Below the pieces are notes generated by a model, which ran no database searches, was not told where the DNA came from, and worked only from the letters and a program-made list of their open reading frames with translations. This document shows, in pieces, positions 38,196-48,442 of a stretch of 60,930 bases of DNA. Position 1 is the first letter of the stretch. Every line of letters starts with the position of its first letter. Both the position numbers and the translations under genes were made by a program. Source of the stretch: a virus. Location of the stretch: positions 1 through 60,930 of IMG/VR virus record IMGVR_UViG_3300010357_002195, one strand, 5' to 3'.

Positions 38196-38738
38196 ATGAT
38201 CGAAACAATTAAATTTCTTAAAACTCGTTCAGTTAAATCCCCATCCAGAGCAAATAAATATGACGCTGGAATAGATTTTTATATTCCAGATTTTACTGAG
38301 GATTTCTTGAAAGATCTTCAGGAAAAAAATCCAGATATTTTAATACAGCCTGTTTCTATTGTGCTGATGCCTGGGCAAAGAGTATTGATCCCCTCAGGTA
38401 TTCATTGCCAGATGGCTTCTCCGCATAGAGCTCTTATTGCAGCAAATAAATCAGGTGTTGCAACAAAGCATGGATTAATTTTTGGAGCTCAAGTTGTTGA
38501 TTATGAATATCAGGGGGAAATTCACATAAGTCTTATAAATACTAATAAAGATATAAACCCGCCTTCAGGAAAAGGCATAATTGAAATAACTCCAGGGATG
38601 AAAGCAATTCAATTCCTTGAAATGCCTATTTATAATTCAGAAATTGATGTTGAAGAAAACAAAACCCCCGAACAATTTTATAAAGATATTGTTACTACAA
38701 GAGGGGCTGACGGATTTGGATCAACCGATAAAAAATAA
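38196..38738 (+). CDS. dut: Trimeric dUTPase
   Basis: DAGIDF, NKSG, VVDYEYQGEI and RGADGFGST. Confidence 0.92.
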   Translation: MIETIKFLKTRSVKSPSRANKYDAGIDFYIPDFTEDFLKDLQEKNPDILIQPVSIVLMPGQRVLIPSGIHCQMASPHRALIAANKSGVATKHGLIFGAQVVDYEYQGEIHISLINTNKDINPPSGKGIIEITPGMKAIQFLEMPIYNSEIDVEENKTPEQFYKDIVTTRGADGFGSTDKK

Positions 38739-38749
38739 TTGATAAAAAG

Positions 38750-38983
38750 ATGAAAATTAATCTAGAAAAACTCAAAGAGGTCGAAGAACAATATAAGGAA
38801 CAAGGCCTCCCTAATTATACCTTACATTTGATGTTATCAAGGGTATTAGGATTTGAAGAATCCCCTTATTCTTTAGCTCCAAATAATGTGGTTCTTGCAA
38901 TAAACACATTAAAAGATCTTGGAATTCTCGAAATGGAAGATAATACCAAAAAAACAAAGAAAGTAGAACAAATAAATTCATAA
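38750..38983 (+). CDS. Hypothetical protein
   Basis: ORF in an operon. Confidence 0.55.
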   Translation: MKINLEKLKEVEEQYKEQGLPNYTLHLMLSRVLGFEESPYSLAPNNVVLAINTLKDLGILEMEDNTKKTKKVEQINS

Positions 38984-38985
38984 AA

Positions 38986-39330
38986 ATGGCAAAGCCAATC
39001 ATGATTATCAATTATTGTATAAGCGGGATGTCTCGTACATCAGCTATCAATAATTTGAGGGAGCTTCAAGAAGTATTGGAGGATTCTAATGCAAACGATG
39101 AATACTTTACTTTTATTCTTCCTGTCAATGCAGATTCTCATATTCAGGTTTTTTATGAAAAGGATTTCGATGAGATCAAATATAATGATTTGAAAAAAAT
39201 GGTTGAAGAAAAGATTTCTGCTTTGAAAGATCAGCCAGATTGCGATGAAATCGAAGAATTTGATGAAAGTTTATTTGAAGAAGAGCCTTCGGGATTTAAG
39301 AAATTTTTAAGAAAAATAGGATTAAAATGA
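38986..39330 (+). CDS. Hypothetical protein
   Basis: ORF in an operon. Confidence 0.55.
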   Translation: MAKPIMIINYCISGMSRTSAINNLRELQEVLEDSNANDEYFTFILPVNADSHIQVFYEKDFDEIKYNDLKKMVEEKISALKDQPDCDEIEEFDESLFEEEPSGFKKFLRKIGLK

Positions 39331-39689
39331 AAAAAGTTTATATTGCTTCTCCTTATACAAATGGGGATAAACTAGAAATGGTTAGGTTACAAATTGATGC
39401 ATGGCATATACTTAGAGACCGTGGTCTTATTCCTATTGCTCCTCTTTTGACTCACTATATAAATGAAGTGAGAGAAAGGGATCATAAGGATTGGCTTGAA
39501 TATGATTTTGAATTGTTAAGAATATGCGATTATGTTATTCGTCTTTATCCCGTTAATGATCTTGGAGAAAGAATACCTTCTACAGGAGCAGATATAGAGG
39601 AAAGGGAAGCTAAAAGATTAGGAATTCCTTTTTATTCTTTTGATACACTACAAGAACTCCAAGCATTTGTTGAAAATACAAATTTTTAA
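39327..39689 (+). CDS. Nucleoside 2-deoxyribosyltransferase-like fold protein
   Basis: VYIASPY, WLEYDFELLRICD and STGADIE...AKRLGIP. Confidence 0.65.
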   Translation: MKKVYIASPYTNGDKLEMVRLQIDAWHILRDRGLIPIAPLLTHYINEVRERDHKDWLEYDFELLRICDYVIRLYPVNDLGERIPSTGADIEEREAKRLGIPFYSFDTLQELQAFVENTNF

Positions 39690-39796
39690 TTTTTACCTAT
39701 GCAACTGGGGCCTCGAAAGGGGCCTTTTTTATTTAACGAATTTTTATATAAACTTTTCCCTCCCCCCGCATATAAATTGTAAATAATCTTGTAATT

Positions 39797-41245
39797 ATGA
39801 TTGTAAATATTGAGCAGCGTAAAGGTAAGTTAATTGTTTCCTATATTAATAAAGAAGGAAATATTTCCTTTATGCAATTAAATATTCCAGCAGCTCACCA
39901 ATATGTTTATGTTTATGCAAAGGGAGGGGGTGCAGATCCTCGAGTTAGATCCTGGGATAATCGTCCTGTTAGAAAAGTTCCAAGTGAATTTCTTTCAAGA
40001 TATAGAATTCAGGAATTTTTTGTAGATGCTGGTGAAGAAATCGTTGGACCTTTATTTGAACGTAATAAACCAAATGCTTATTCATGTGATATTGAGGTTG
40101 ATGTAGATGAAGAAATTGGTTTTGCAGAACCTAGGGATGCTCTTAGTAGAATTAATACTATTTCATGGAGTAACAAGGATCAGGTTATTGTATTTGGATT
40201 AAAAGATCTTTCAGCTTCTCAGATCGATTCTATAGAAAAAAATATTAATCACCACTTAGAGAAATTAGGATTAACCTATAGATTTATCTATAAGAAATAT
40301 GAAAATGAAGCAGATATGCTTTATGATTTCTTGTGGAACTATGCTCGCCATGCTCCTCTTATAATTGGATGGCACTTCTGGAATTATGACTGGAGATATA
40401 TTTATAATCGTTGTCAAAGATTGCATTTGGATATATCATGGATGAGCCCTACGAAACAATGGTACAAACACAGAATTATGGATAAAAATGAGAGAGCTGA
40501 AGTTATGCTTCCTCAACATAAACTGATTGTTGACTATATGGAACTCTATAAAAAATGGGATAGAGTTATAGATCCAAAAGAAAATATGTCTTTGGATTTC
40601 GCAGCTGAAGCAGCTTTAGGGGTTACCAAAGTTAAATATCCTGGTTCATTTACAGAACTTTATAGAAAGGATTTTGATCAATATGTATTTTATAATGCTA
40701 TTGATGCTATTCTTGTAGAACAAATTCATTACAAATTAAAAACTTTAGGCATATTCTTAGGCTTAGGAAACCTTACAAGAGTAGAAGCGATGAATGCTTT
40801 TTCGCCGATTTATATGCTTGAAGCTACAGCAACCAGATATGCTTATAAAAGAAATTTGGTATTTCTCCAAGAAAAGAAGGAAAGGAGAAGAGAAAGTTAT
40901 GAAGGAGCTTTTGTATTTAATCCGACTCCGGATCTTTATGAGTGGGTAGGATCTTTTGACTTTAACTCTCTTTATCCTACTATTATGAGACAATTCAAGA
41001 TCTCAATAGAAAATTTTATTACAAAGGATAAAAATTTTAAGCCTAATCCCCAACAAGTTAAATGTGCATCCGGAGCAGTTTTTGATGCTTCCTATGAGCC
41101 TCTTCTTCCAGAAATTTTAACGGATTATTATTCTCAGAGAAAGCAAGCACAGAAGACAATGAAAGGTGCAGAAAGCGATTTAGCAGATCTTCAGAAGATA
41201 CTAAAAGAACGAGAATTATCTGCATCGGATTCCCTAAAATCTTGA
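39797..41245 (+). CDS. Family B DNA polymerase, N-terminal subunit only (3'-5' exonuclease plus motif A)
   Basis: ExoI CDIEV, ExoII GWHFWNYD, ExoIII YNAID and motif A SFDFNSLYPTI. It ends after YYSQRK, with no KxxxNSxYG or YGDTDS. Confidence 0.88.
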   Translation: MIVNIEQRKGKLIVSYINKEGNISFMQLNIPAAHQYVYVYAKGGGADPRVRSWDNRPVRKVPSEFLSRYRIQEFFVDAGEEIVGPLFERNKPNAYSCDIEVDVDEEIGFAEPRDALSRINTISWSNKDQVIVFGLKDLSASQIDSIEKNINHHLEKLGLTYRFIYKKYENEADMLYDFLWNYARHAPLIIGWHFWNYDWRYIYNRCQRLHLDISWMSPTKQWYKHRIMDKNERAEVMLPQHKLIVDYMELYKKWDRVIDPKENMSLDFAAEAALGVTKVKYPGSFTELYRKDFDQYVFYNAIDAILVEQIHYKLKTLGIFLGLGNLTRVEAMNAFSPIYMLEATATRYAYKRNLVFLQEKKERRRESYEGAFVFNPTPDLYEWVGSFDFNSLYPTIMRQFKISIENFITKDKNFKPNPQQVKCASGAVFDASYEPLLPEILTDYYSQRKQAQKTMKGAESDLADLQKILKERELSASDSLKS

Positions 41246-41312
41246 CATCAAGGTTTGTTAAAGGGGGGTATATAATTTACCTAAAAATAAATTAAAATAA
41301 CTAAAATAAAAT

Positions 41313-44300
41313 ATGGTGGAACGATACACAGAAGACCAGTTGCGACAATCTGGTCTTCAGTATTTTAAAGGAGATATTCTCGCAACAAATGTATGGATTA
41401 AGAAATACGCACTCAAATCAAAAACAGAAAATTACTACTTAGAACTCTCGCCAGATGAAACAATCAAAAGATTAGCAAAAGAAATTCACAGGATTGAACA
41501 GAAATATCCAAACCCCCTATCTTACGAAGAAATTTACGAATCATTTAAAAGCTTTAAATCCTTTATTTTTGGAGGATCTATCCAATTTGGTTTAGGTAAT
41601 GCAGACCAAATATCCTCTTTGGGTAATTGCTTCTTCATTGATAATGGCTCGGATTCTTATGGTGGTATCTTTAATACAGATGAATCCCTTGTTCAATTAA
41701 TGAAAAGAAGAGGCGGAGTTGGGATTACTCTTGAACATCTTCGTCCAGCTACAGCTACTGTAAATAATGCAGCCCAATCTTCAACAGGGGCTACTTCTTT
41801 TATGGATCGTTTTTCTAATTCCACAAGGGAGGTTGCTCAGGATGGAAGAAGGGGTGCTTTAATGATTACAATGCACATAAATCATCCAGACATCTTGGAT
41901 TTTATTATGAAAAAAGATGATCTGACAAAAGTAACTGGCGCTAATGTATCTGTTAAGGTTACTGATGAATTTATGAATGCTGTGGAAAAAGATGAAGATT
42001 ATCTCTTAAGATGGCCTGTTGAATCTTCCCAACCTAGAATGCTTGAAAAATTTACTTATAATAAGCTTCATCGGACAGAAGATGGTTCTTATGTTAGACG
42101 AGTAAAAGCTCGAGAAATTTGGAATACCATTGTTAAACAGGCTCATAAAAATGCTGAACCCGGAGTTCTATTCTGGGATAATGTTATTAAAGAATCCCCA
42201 GCAGATATGTATAGCAATTTAGGGTTCAAGACATTAGGGACCAACCCTTGTATTGCAGGGGATACATTAATTGCTGTTGCCGACGGAAGAAATGCGGTTT
42301 CTATAAGTGAATTATCAGAAATAGGAAAAGATGTTCCTGTATATTGTACTAACCCCATGACAGGAAGAACAGAAATTAAATGGGGGAGAAATCCTAGAAA
42401 AACAGGCATAAAAAAAGAAGTATGGAAATTAAAATTAGATGATAACTCTGAATTAATTGCAACTCCGGATCACCAGATATTTACAACTAAGTTAATTTAT
42501 AAATCCCTTAAAGACTTAGTGCCCGGTGAATCTATCATGCCTTTTTACTCTTATAATTCTAATAATTATCGTCAAATTTCTCGAACAGGCTCATTAATGT
42601 CCGGGGGGAACTATAGAAGCCGACGACAATATCATTTAATTCACGAATTTTTCAATGGAAATATAGATCATAAATTATATTCCGTTCATCACGAGGATTT
42701 TAATTCCAAAAATGATCGAATTGAAAATTTGAAAAAAATGTTAAGATCGGAGCATAAAAACCTTCATTCAGATTTAATCAGGGGGGAAAAAAATCCTTAT
42801 CATAAAATGGATCCTGATTGGAAATTTAGATTTGCTTCTCACCCAGGAAAAACTAATCCTCGATATATCGATGTTTCAAATGACGAACTAATTAAATTCG
42901 GCAAAGAATTATTCAGGGAAAAAGGAAGAATAACTCGAAAAGAATGGATAAATTTTGCAAAAGAAAAAGGATTGCCAGTTAAATTGGCAAACAATTTTAG
43001 GTTTCAATCTTTTACAAATTTTAAAAATCAAGTATCAGAAAATCATAAAGTAAAATCTGTAGAATTTTATGGATATGAGGATGTTTATAATTTAACTGTC
43101 GATGATTATCATAATTACCATATAATCACCTCTTTTTCCGACGAGAAGTTTATTAAATCCTCCGGAATATGTATAAAAAATTGCGGAGAAGTCCCCCTAA
43201 GTCCTTATGATTCATGTCGTTTGGGAAGTATAAATGTGTATACTCTTGTTGAAGAACCATTTACAAAGGATGCTCGAATTGATTGGGCAGAATTAGCTAA
43301 AAGGTCTAAGATGGCACAGAGATTCATGGACGATATTGTCGAAGCAGAAGAAGAAAAAATTCTTCTAATTATAGATAAAATTGACAAGGATCCGGAGCCA
43401 GAAGAACTTAAAAGAACTGAAAGAGAAGTTTGGACAAAAGTTCTTAAAGTATTAAGAAACGGAAGAAGGACCGGAGTAGGAATTCTTGGTCTTGGAGATA
43501 TGTTTGCAGCTTTAGGAATGAGGTTTGGAACCCCAGAAGCTACTGAATTAGCTGAAAAAATTCATAAAGTTATTGCTATTAATTCTTATAGAGAAAGTGT
43601 TAATCTTGCAAAAGAAAGAGGATGTTTTCCTATATGGGATGCTGATAAAGAAGCTATAAATCCTTTTATTAGAAGAGTCATTAGTGAGAATTTTGATAAT
43701 AAGGAATACGAGAAATATTTGCAATATGGTCGTAGAAATATCGCCAATTTGTCTATCGCTCCAACAGGATCATTAGCCATTTTGGCACAAACTACTTCTG
43801 GCATAGAACCCGTATTCAAAATATTCTATCATAGGAGGAGAAAAGTTAATCCCGGAGAAGAAGGTGTTAAGGTTTCTCATGTGGATGAAAATGGCGATTC
43901 TTGGGAAGAATATAATGTAATCCATTATCCATTTATTGAGTGGTTTAGTGCTCAAACAAGTGGAAAAATGACTTTTAGCGGAGCCAAAGCATTTTTGGAA
44001 GGTCAGGGTGAAGAAGAATTAAATAATCTAGTTGCCCAATCTCCTTGGGCTAAATCGGAATCTCATGATATTGACTATCTCGAGAAAGTCAGAATGCAGG
44101 GTCGAATCCAGAAATGGATCGACCACAGCATCTCTGTAACTCATAATCTTCCTGAAAAAATTTCTATAAAAGAAGTTAACGACATTTATTTTCAAGGTTG
44201 GAAAGCTGGATGTAAAGGATTAACCATTTATAGGGAGGGATCAAGATCCGGTGTTCTTATTTCCAAAAAGGAAAAAGATACTAATGAATTTAAGGAAACT

Positions 44301-44801
44301 CATGCACCAAAAAGGCCTAGAGTTTTAGAAGCAGATTACTATGTAGCAACTGTCAAGGGAGCTAAATTTGCAGTTATTGTTGGCTTATGGCCAGGAACAA
44401 ATCGTCCCTATGAGGTTTTTGCATTTGAAAACCCTCCTATGATGAAAAATACAAGAGGAAAAACCGTTAAAGTTAAGAAGGGGGAATATAAATTTATAAA
44501 TGGTGAATTTGAAATCCCTAATCTCCAGCTGGCCTCTACAAGAATTGAAGAAAGAACTTTAACACTCTCTGCTTCAATGCTTTTAAGACATGGGGCTCCA
44601 ATAAATCATGTAAATCATGTAATTTCTAAGATTGATAGTAATATTGCTTCTTTCTCTGCTGCTATTAGAAGGTATCTTTCCAGATATGTAGAAGACGAGA
44701 TAAATGGTGAAGGATGTCCAAATTGCGGAGATAAACTTATTATGCAGGATGGATGTGTTAAATGTGTCAATCCGTCTTGTGGTTTTTCCAGATGTGGTTA
44801 A
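41313..44801 (+). CDS. nrdJ: Class II (adenosylcobalamin-dependent) ribonucleotide reductase with intein
   Basis: VWIKKYALK, SLGNCF, KRRGGVG, VAQDGRRGA, KVTGANVSV, NP/CGE, IAPTGS, TTSGIEP and a C-terminal Zn ribbon. No ATP cone. Confidence 0.92.
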   Translation: MVERYTEDQLRQSGLQYFKGDILATNVWIKKYALKSKTENYYLELSPDETIKRLAKEIHRIEQKYPNPLSYEEIYESFKSFKSFIFGGSIQFGLGNADQISSLGNCFFIDNGSDSYGGIFNTDESLVQLMKRRGGVGITLEHLRPATATVNNAAQSSTGATSFMDRFSNSTREVAQDGRRGALMITMHINHPDILDFIMKKDDLTKVTGANVSVKVTDEFMNAVEKDEDYLLRWPVESSQPRMLEKFTYNKLHRTEDGSYVRRVKAREIWNTIVKQAHKNAEPGVLFWDNVIKESPADMYSNLGFKTLGTNPCIAGDTLIAVADGRNAVSISELSEIGKDVPVYCTNPMTGRTEIKWGRNPRKTGIKKEVWKLKLDDNSELIATPDHQIFTTKLIYKSLKDLVPGESIMPFYSYNSNNYRQISRTGSLMSGGNYRSRRQYHLIHEFFNGNIDHKLYSVHHEDFNSKNDRIENLKKMLRSEHKNLHSDLIRGEKNPYHKMDPDWKFRFASHPGKTNPRYIDVSNDELIKFGKELFREKGRITRKEWINFAKEKGLPVKLANNFRFQSFTNFKNQVSENHKVKSVEFYGYEDVYNLTVDDYHNYHIITSFSDEKFIKSSGICIKNCGEVPLSPYDSCRLGSINVYTLVEEPFTKDARIDWAELAKRSKMAQRFMDDIVEAEEEKILLIIDKIDKDPEPEELKRTEREVWTKVLKVLRNGRRTGVGILGLGDMFAALGMRFGTPEATELAEKIHKVIAINSYRESVNLAKERGCFPIWDADKEAINPFIRRVISENFDNKEYEKYLQYGRRNIANLSIAPTGSLAILAQTTSGIEPVFKIFYHRRRKVNPGEEGVKVSHVDENGDSWEEYNVIHYPFIEWFSAQTSGKMTFSGAKAFLEGQGEEELNNLVAQSPWAKSESHDIDYLEKVRMQGRIQKWIDHSISVTHNLPEKISIKEVNDIYFQGWKAGCKGLTIYREGSRSGVLISKKEKDTNEFKETHAPKRPRVLEADYYVATVKGAKFAVIVGLWPGTNRPYEVFAFENPPMMKNTRGKTVKVKKGEYKFINGEFEIPNLQLASTRIEERTLTLSASMLLRHGAPINHVNHVISKIDSNIASFSAAIRRYLSRYVEDEINGEGCPNCGDKLIMQDGCVKCVNPSCGFSRCG
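42249..43181 (+). mobile_element. Intein (311 aa) carrying an HNH endonuclease
   Basis: TNP|CIAGDTLI ... DVYNLTVDDYHNY...CIKN|CGEVPL, with VHHEDFNSKNDRIENL inside. Confidence 0.9.
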
Positions 44802-44820
44802 AAATTAACAAATTTTAACA

Positions 44821-44849
44821 AAAACTTACATTTATCCCATCCATATAAT
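44821..44849 (+). promoter_or_regulatory. Putative middle-type promoter AAAACT-N17-TATAAT
   Basis: Exact spacing, preceded by TTAACA direct repeats at 44805 and 44815. Confidence 0.55.
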
Positions 44850-44876
44850 AGATAAATACTTAAATTAATCTATTAT

Positions 44877-45758
44877 ATGGATTTTTCTTGTGACCCGGTT
44901 AAATGCTTGGAATGCGGAAAAGAGTTTCCTTATTCTAATGGATATTTTGTTTCCCATTTATCTAAAGAACATAATTTAACTCTCAGACAATATGTTGTAA
45001 AATGGGAATATAATAATGATGAAGACAAAGTTCCGAAATGTCAATGCGGATACTGTGATGAACCCGTTCCTTTTTATAGAGGGCAATTTCTTATAGGACA
45101 AAAATTAAGAGCTCATCAAAATCACAATTGGTTAAAAGAACAATATATTAAAAAACATGGTGTTCCAAAATGTAAATCATGTGGAAAAGAAAATGATAAT
45201 TTTTATCGGGGTAAACCGAGAGAAAATTGTCATAAGTGTGTAAAAAATGGAAAGATTAATCAGGATAATAAGTCCCGGTTTGGATCCTCTGAAAAAACTA
45301 TATCTACCCTTAAAAAAAGATACGGAGTTATAAATACTAGTCAATTTCCTAAAAATAGAGAAAATGCTTCCAAAAGAATGATCGAATATAATTCTAATTG
45401 GAAGAAAAATCATACGATAAAAAAATATAAAAATACAGAACTTTACTATCAATCTTCATTTGAATATGATTTTTTGCAATTATGCGAAAATAAAGGTATC
45501 CTCTCTCAATTGAGTAACGGCCATTCTTATAATTATTTGCCAGAGGATAGGAAATATGGAATTCGACTAATGACAGATTTTTCAATCGATAATTATGAGA
45601 TAGAAATAAAATCCTCCTATATTATGAAAAAACAAGGAGGAATAGATGCTGTATTTGCAAAGAAGAAAGCAGTCGAAACATCCGGAAAAAAATATATCTT
45701 TATTTTAGATAAAGATTATTCGGGTTTGGAAAACATAGGTTTTTTGTGGAATATATAA
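44877..45758 (+). mobile_element. Putative homing endonuclease (zinc ribbons + PD-(D/E)xK-like)
   Basis: CLECG...HLSKEH, CQCGYC, CKSCG and YYQSSFEYDF...TDFSIDNYEIEIKSSY. Distant paralog of 9159 and 15031. Confidence 0.65.
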
Positions 45759-45775
45759 AGAAAATACTTAATAGT

Positions 45776-46372
45776 ATGGAAAAGTTTGTATACGAAAATT
45801 TAGACGAATTTCTAAACGAAAGATTTGTCGAAGACCCTGAGGTGGATGGATCTTATGAAGAAAACTTCCCAGAGGATGAAGAGGAATCTGAAGAAATAGA
45901 AGATGAAATAGAAGATGAAGAAATAGAGGAATCCCCCAAAGAAGAAACAGAAGAAGAATCAGAAGAAGCCACTTCAAATAAAAAAGGATTCCATGAAAAT
46001 ATAGAAGATAGTACTCTTGAAAATGAGGATTTTAGAAGAGTTCTATATACAGGAGAAAATCTTCAATTAGTTGTAATGACCCTACAAGAAGGAGAAGAAG
46101 TTGGAGAAGAAATCCATGAAAATGATCAATTCTTTAGATTCGAAGAGGGGGAAGGAATTTGCATCATTAATGATAATGAATATGAAGTAGAAGATGGATC
46201 GGGGGTTATTGTTCCAGCAGGATCTAAACATAATATCATTAATATCGGAGAAGGCCCCCTAAAATTATATACTCTTTATTCTCCTCCCCATCACAAAGAT
46301 GGTGTAAAATATGCCTCTAAAGAAGAAGCTGAAGAATCTTCAGAAGAATTTGATGGCGAAACAACAGAATAA
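45776..46372 (+). CDS. Cupin-domain protein with acidic leader
   Basis: FRRVLYTGENLQLVVM...EIHENDQFFRFEEG...IVPAGSKHNI. Leader MEKFVYENLDEFLNE. GAATATATAA at 45749-45758. Confidence 0.85.
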   Translation: MEKFVYENLDEFLNERFVEDPEVDGSYEENFPEDEEESEEIEDEIEDEEIEESPKEETEEESEEATSNKKGFHENIEDSTLENEDFRRVLYTGENLQLVVMTLQEGEEVGEEIHENDQFFRFEEGEGICIINDNEYEVEDGSGVIVPAGSKHNIINIGEGPLKLYTLYSPPHHKDGVKYASKEEAEESSEEFDGETTE

Positions 46373-46378
46373 TTTAAA

Positions 46379-48442
46379 ATGCTTGTAAGAGAAAGCGTTA
46401 ATTTCATTAGAGGAGACAGAGATGAAGAATCTATTAAAACTAGTCTCTTTGGGATTAGAGTGGGGCATATTGTTATTCCTTCGAAGCTTCCTCCATTTCC
46501 TAATTCTAGAAGCGGAGTTACTATGCCAGCTTATTTAGTGGAATCTATCCATGATGAAGGAAGGAAAAGATCCTTAAGACTTTTAGGTATTGGATATTTT
46601 TATAATTTAAATTTTCGTAATCCGGGGGATACACCTTCCCAGTGGTTTAGTTTTTCTTCGGGATTTTCCACATCTTTAGGAAATGAAGAAGATTATAAAC
46701 CAATTGATTCATCTTTAAAAGAAATGATACTCGATTCTTTAAAAAAAGAGCCGGAAAGAAGAACCTGGGAAGTCCATAAAATGAATTTTTATGATAGATC
46801 TGGCGGAAAACCCATTCTATTAAAAGAGGAACTTTTTCATCGATCTTCAACTAAATCCCAAATAAAAGATAAATTAATTGGATTTCGTCCTGGAAGTATT
46901 ATAACTTCAACAGAACCCTGGCCAGTAAATAAACCTTATAAAGAGGTTTATATGTATATTAAAAAAGGAGAAAAATTTAATGACCAGGGAAATCCAATAA
47001 TAGTTACTTATATCGGGGCTCTTTCTAAAAGAGATGGAAAATTAAGCCAATTCTTAATAAGACATAAGAAAATGTTGGGCGAAACAGTTATATGGGAAGA
47101 AAATAAAAGATCTCTAACTCCCGAAGAATTACAAAAAGTACAAAAAACTTTTGCAGAAATTCCAAATTACCGCAAAAAAATATACGACGAAACTGGAATA
47201 AAACCATCCCTAAACGAATCCATAAATTTTGAAAGAGGATTAGATCCCAAACATTCTATGAAGATAGGAAAGAAAGCCCTTATCATTAAGTGGTTTTCTG
47301 ATTTAGGTATAGACGAAAGTAGATATGAGATTCTTCCAGACTTTTCTATTAAAATAGGGAGATATTTAAATTTAAGTAACACCCAAATAACTTCTCTTCC
47401 AGATAACCTTTCTGTAGGAGGGGATTTAAATTTAAGCAACACCCCAATCACTACTCTCCCAGATAACCTTACTGTAGGGGGATGGTTAGATTTAAGTAAC
47501 ACCCCAATAACTTCTCTCCCAGATAATCTTACTGTAGGGAGATGGTTAGATTTAAGAAACACTCAAATAATTTCTCTCCCTGATAATCTTACTGTAGGAG
47601 GGAATTTATATTTAAGTAACACCCCTATAACTTCTCTTCCGGATAATCTTTCTGTAGGAGGGAGTTTAGATTTAGAAAACACCCCAATAACTTCTCTTCC
47701 AGATAATATTTCTGTAGGAGGGAGCTTATATTTAAGTAACACCTCTATAACTTCTCTCCCAGATAACCTTACTGTAGGAGGGAATTTAAATTTAAGTAAC
47801 ACCCCTATAACTTCTCTTCCAGATAACCTTACTGTAGGAGGGAATTTAAATTTAAGTAACACCCCTATAACTTCTCTTCCAGATAACCTTACTGTAGGAG
47901 GGGATTTAAATTTAATCAAGACCAAAATAACTTCTCTTCCAGATAATATTTCTGTAGGAGGGGATTTAAATTTAATCAACACCAAAATAACTTCTCTTCC
48001 TCCTTCTTTAAAAGTAAGAGGACAAATCATAGGATTTAAAGGAAAGATAGTAAAAGAATCTTTAGAATTTCATAGAACTTATTCAGAAGCAGAAATCAAA
48101 GAAAAACTTTTTGGATGGAGGTCAGGACAAATATTAATTTATAATACAGAACGTAAGCACGGGGTTACTAAATTATTTGTTTATAATGAAACTTTAGAAA
48201 GTGATGATGTTTTAAAGCCCTGGGATATTCAATGTATGGAGATAGGGCATATGGGGGGAAATCCAAAATATGCTTATATTCATGTTGGATTTTTTCCGAG
48301 TTTAACTATAAAAAGAGAAAAAGATCTAAGAATTCCAAATTTAGAAGAAAGAGAAGTTATAAAAAAAGCTCTCAAAAAGGAATATTATAAAAAAGAAATT
48401 AAAAAAATCGAAGAAAAATTAGGAGTAAGAATTTTTGTATGA
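46379..48442 (+). CDS. Four-module tagged protein containing a leucine-rich repeat domain
   Basis: Tags at aa 1, about 46817, 47210 and 48047, with 11 x 20-aa LRR units in module 3. Confidence 0.8.
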   Translation: MLVRESVNFIRGDRDEESIKTSLFGIRVGHIVIPSKLPPFPNSRSGVTMPAYLVESIHDEGRKRSLRLLGIGYFYNLNFRNPGDTPSQWFSFSSGFSTSLGNEEDYKPIDSSLKEMILDSLKKEPERRTWEVHKMNFYDRSGGKPILLKEELFHRSSTKSQIKDKLIGFRPGSIITSTEPWPVNKPYKEVYMYIKKGEKFNDQGNPIIVTYIGALSKRDGKLSQFLIRHKKMLGETVIWEENKRSLTPEELQKVQKTFAEIPNYRKKIYDETGIKPSLNESINFERGLDPKHSMKIGKKALIIKWFSDLGIDESRYEILPDFSIKIGRYLNLSNTQITSLPDNLSVGGDLNLSNTPITTLPDNLTVGGWLDLSNTPITSLPDNLTVGRWLDLRNTQIISLPDNLTVGGNLYLSNTPITSLPDNLSVGGSLDLENTPITSLPDNISVGGSLYLSNTSITSLPDNLTVGGNLNLSNTPITSLPDNLTVGGNLNLSNTPITSLPDNLTVGGDLNLIKTKITSLPDNISVGGDLNLINTKITSLPPSLKVRGQIIGFKGKIVKESLEFHRTYSEAEIKEKLFGWRSGQILIYNTERKHGVTKLFVYNETLESDDVLKPWDIQCMEIGHMGGNPKYAYIHVGFFPSLTIKREKDLRIPNLEEREVIKKALKKEYYKKEIKKIEEKLGVRIFV
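47361..48000 (+). repeat. 11 x 60-bp tandem repeat encoding xLxLSNTPITSLPDNLTVGG LRR
   Basis: Units align with the 60-nt sequence lines. The units at 47761 and 47821 are identical. Confidence 0.95.

Noticed and set aside
47361-48000. 60-bp repeat array as a possible CRISPR array
   Set aside because: The units are contiguous in-frame coding repeats without unique spacers, and no cas genes are present.
47361-48000. LRR variation as a diversity-generating retroelement target
   Set aside because: No reverse transcriptase or separate template repeat is in the window, and the substitutions are not clearly adenine-specific.
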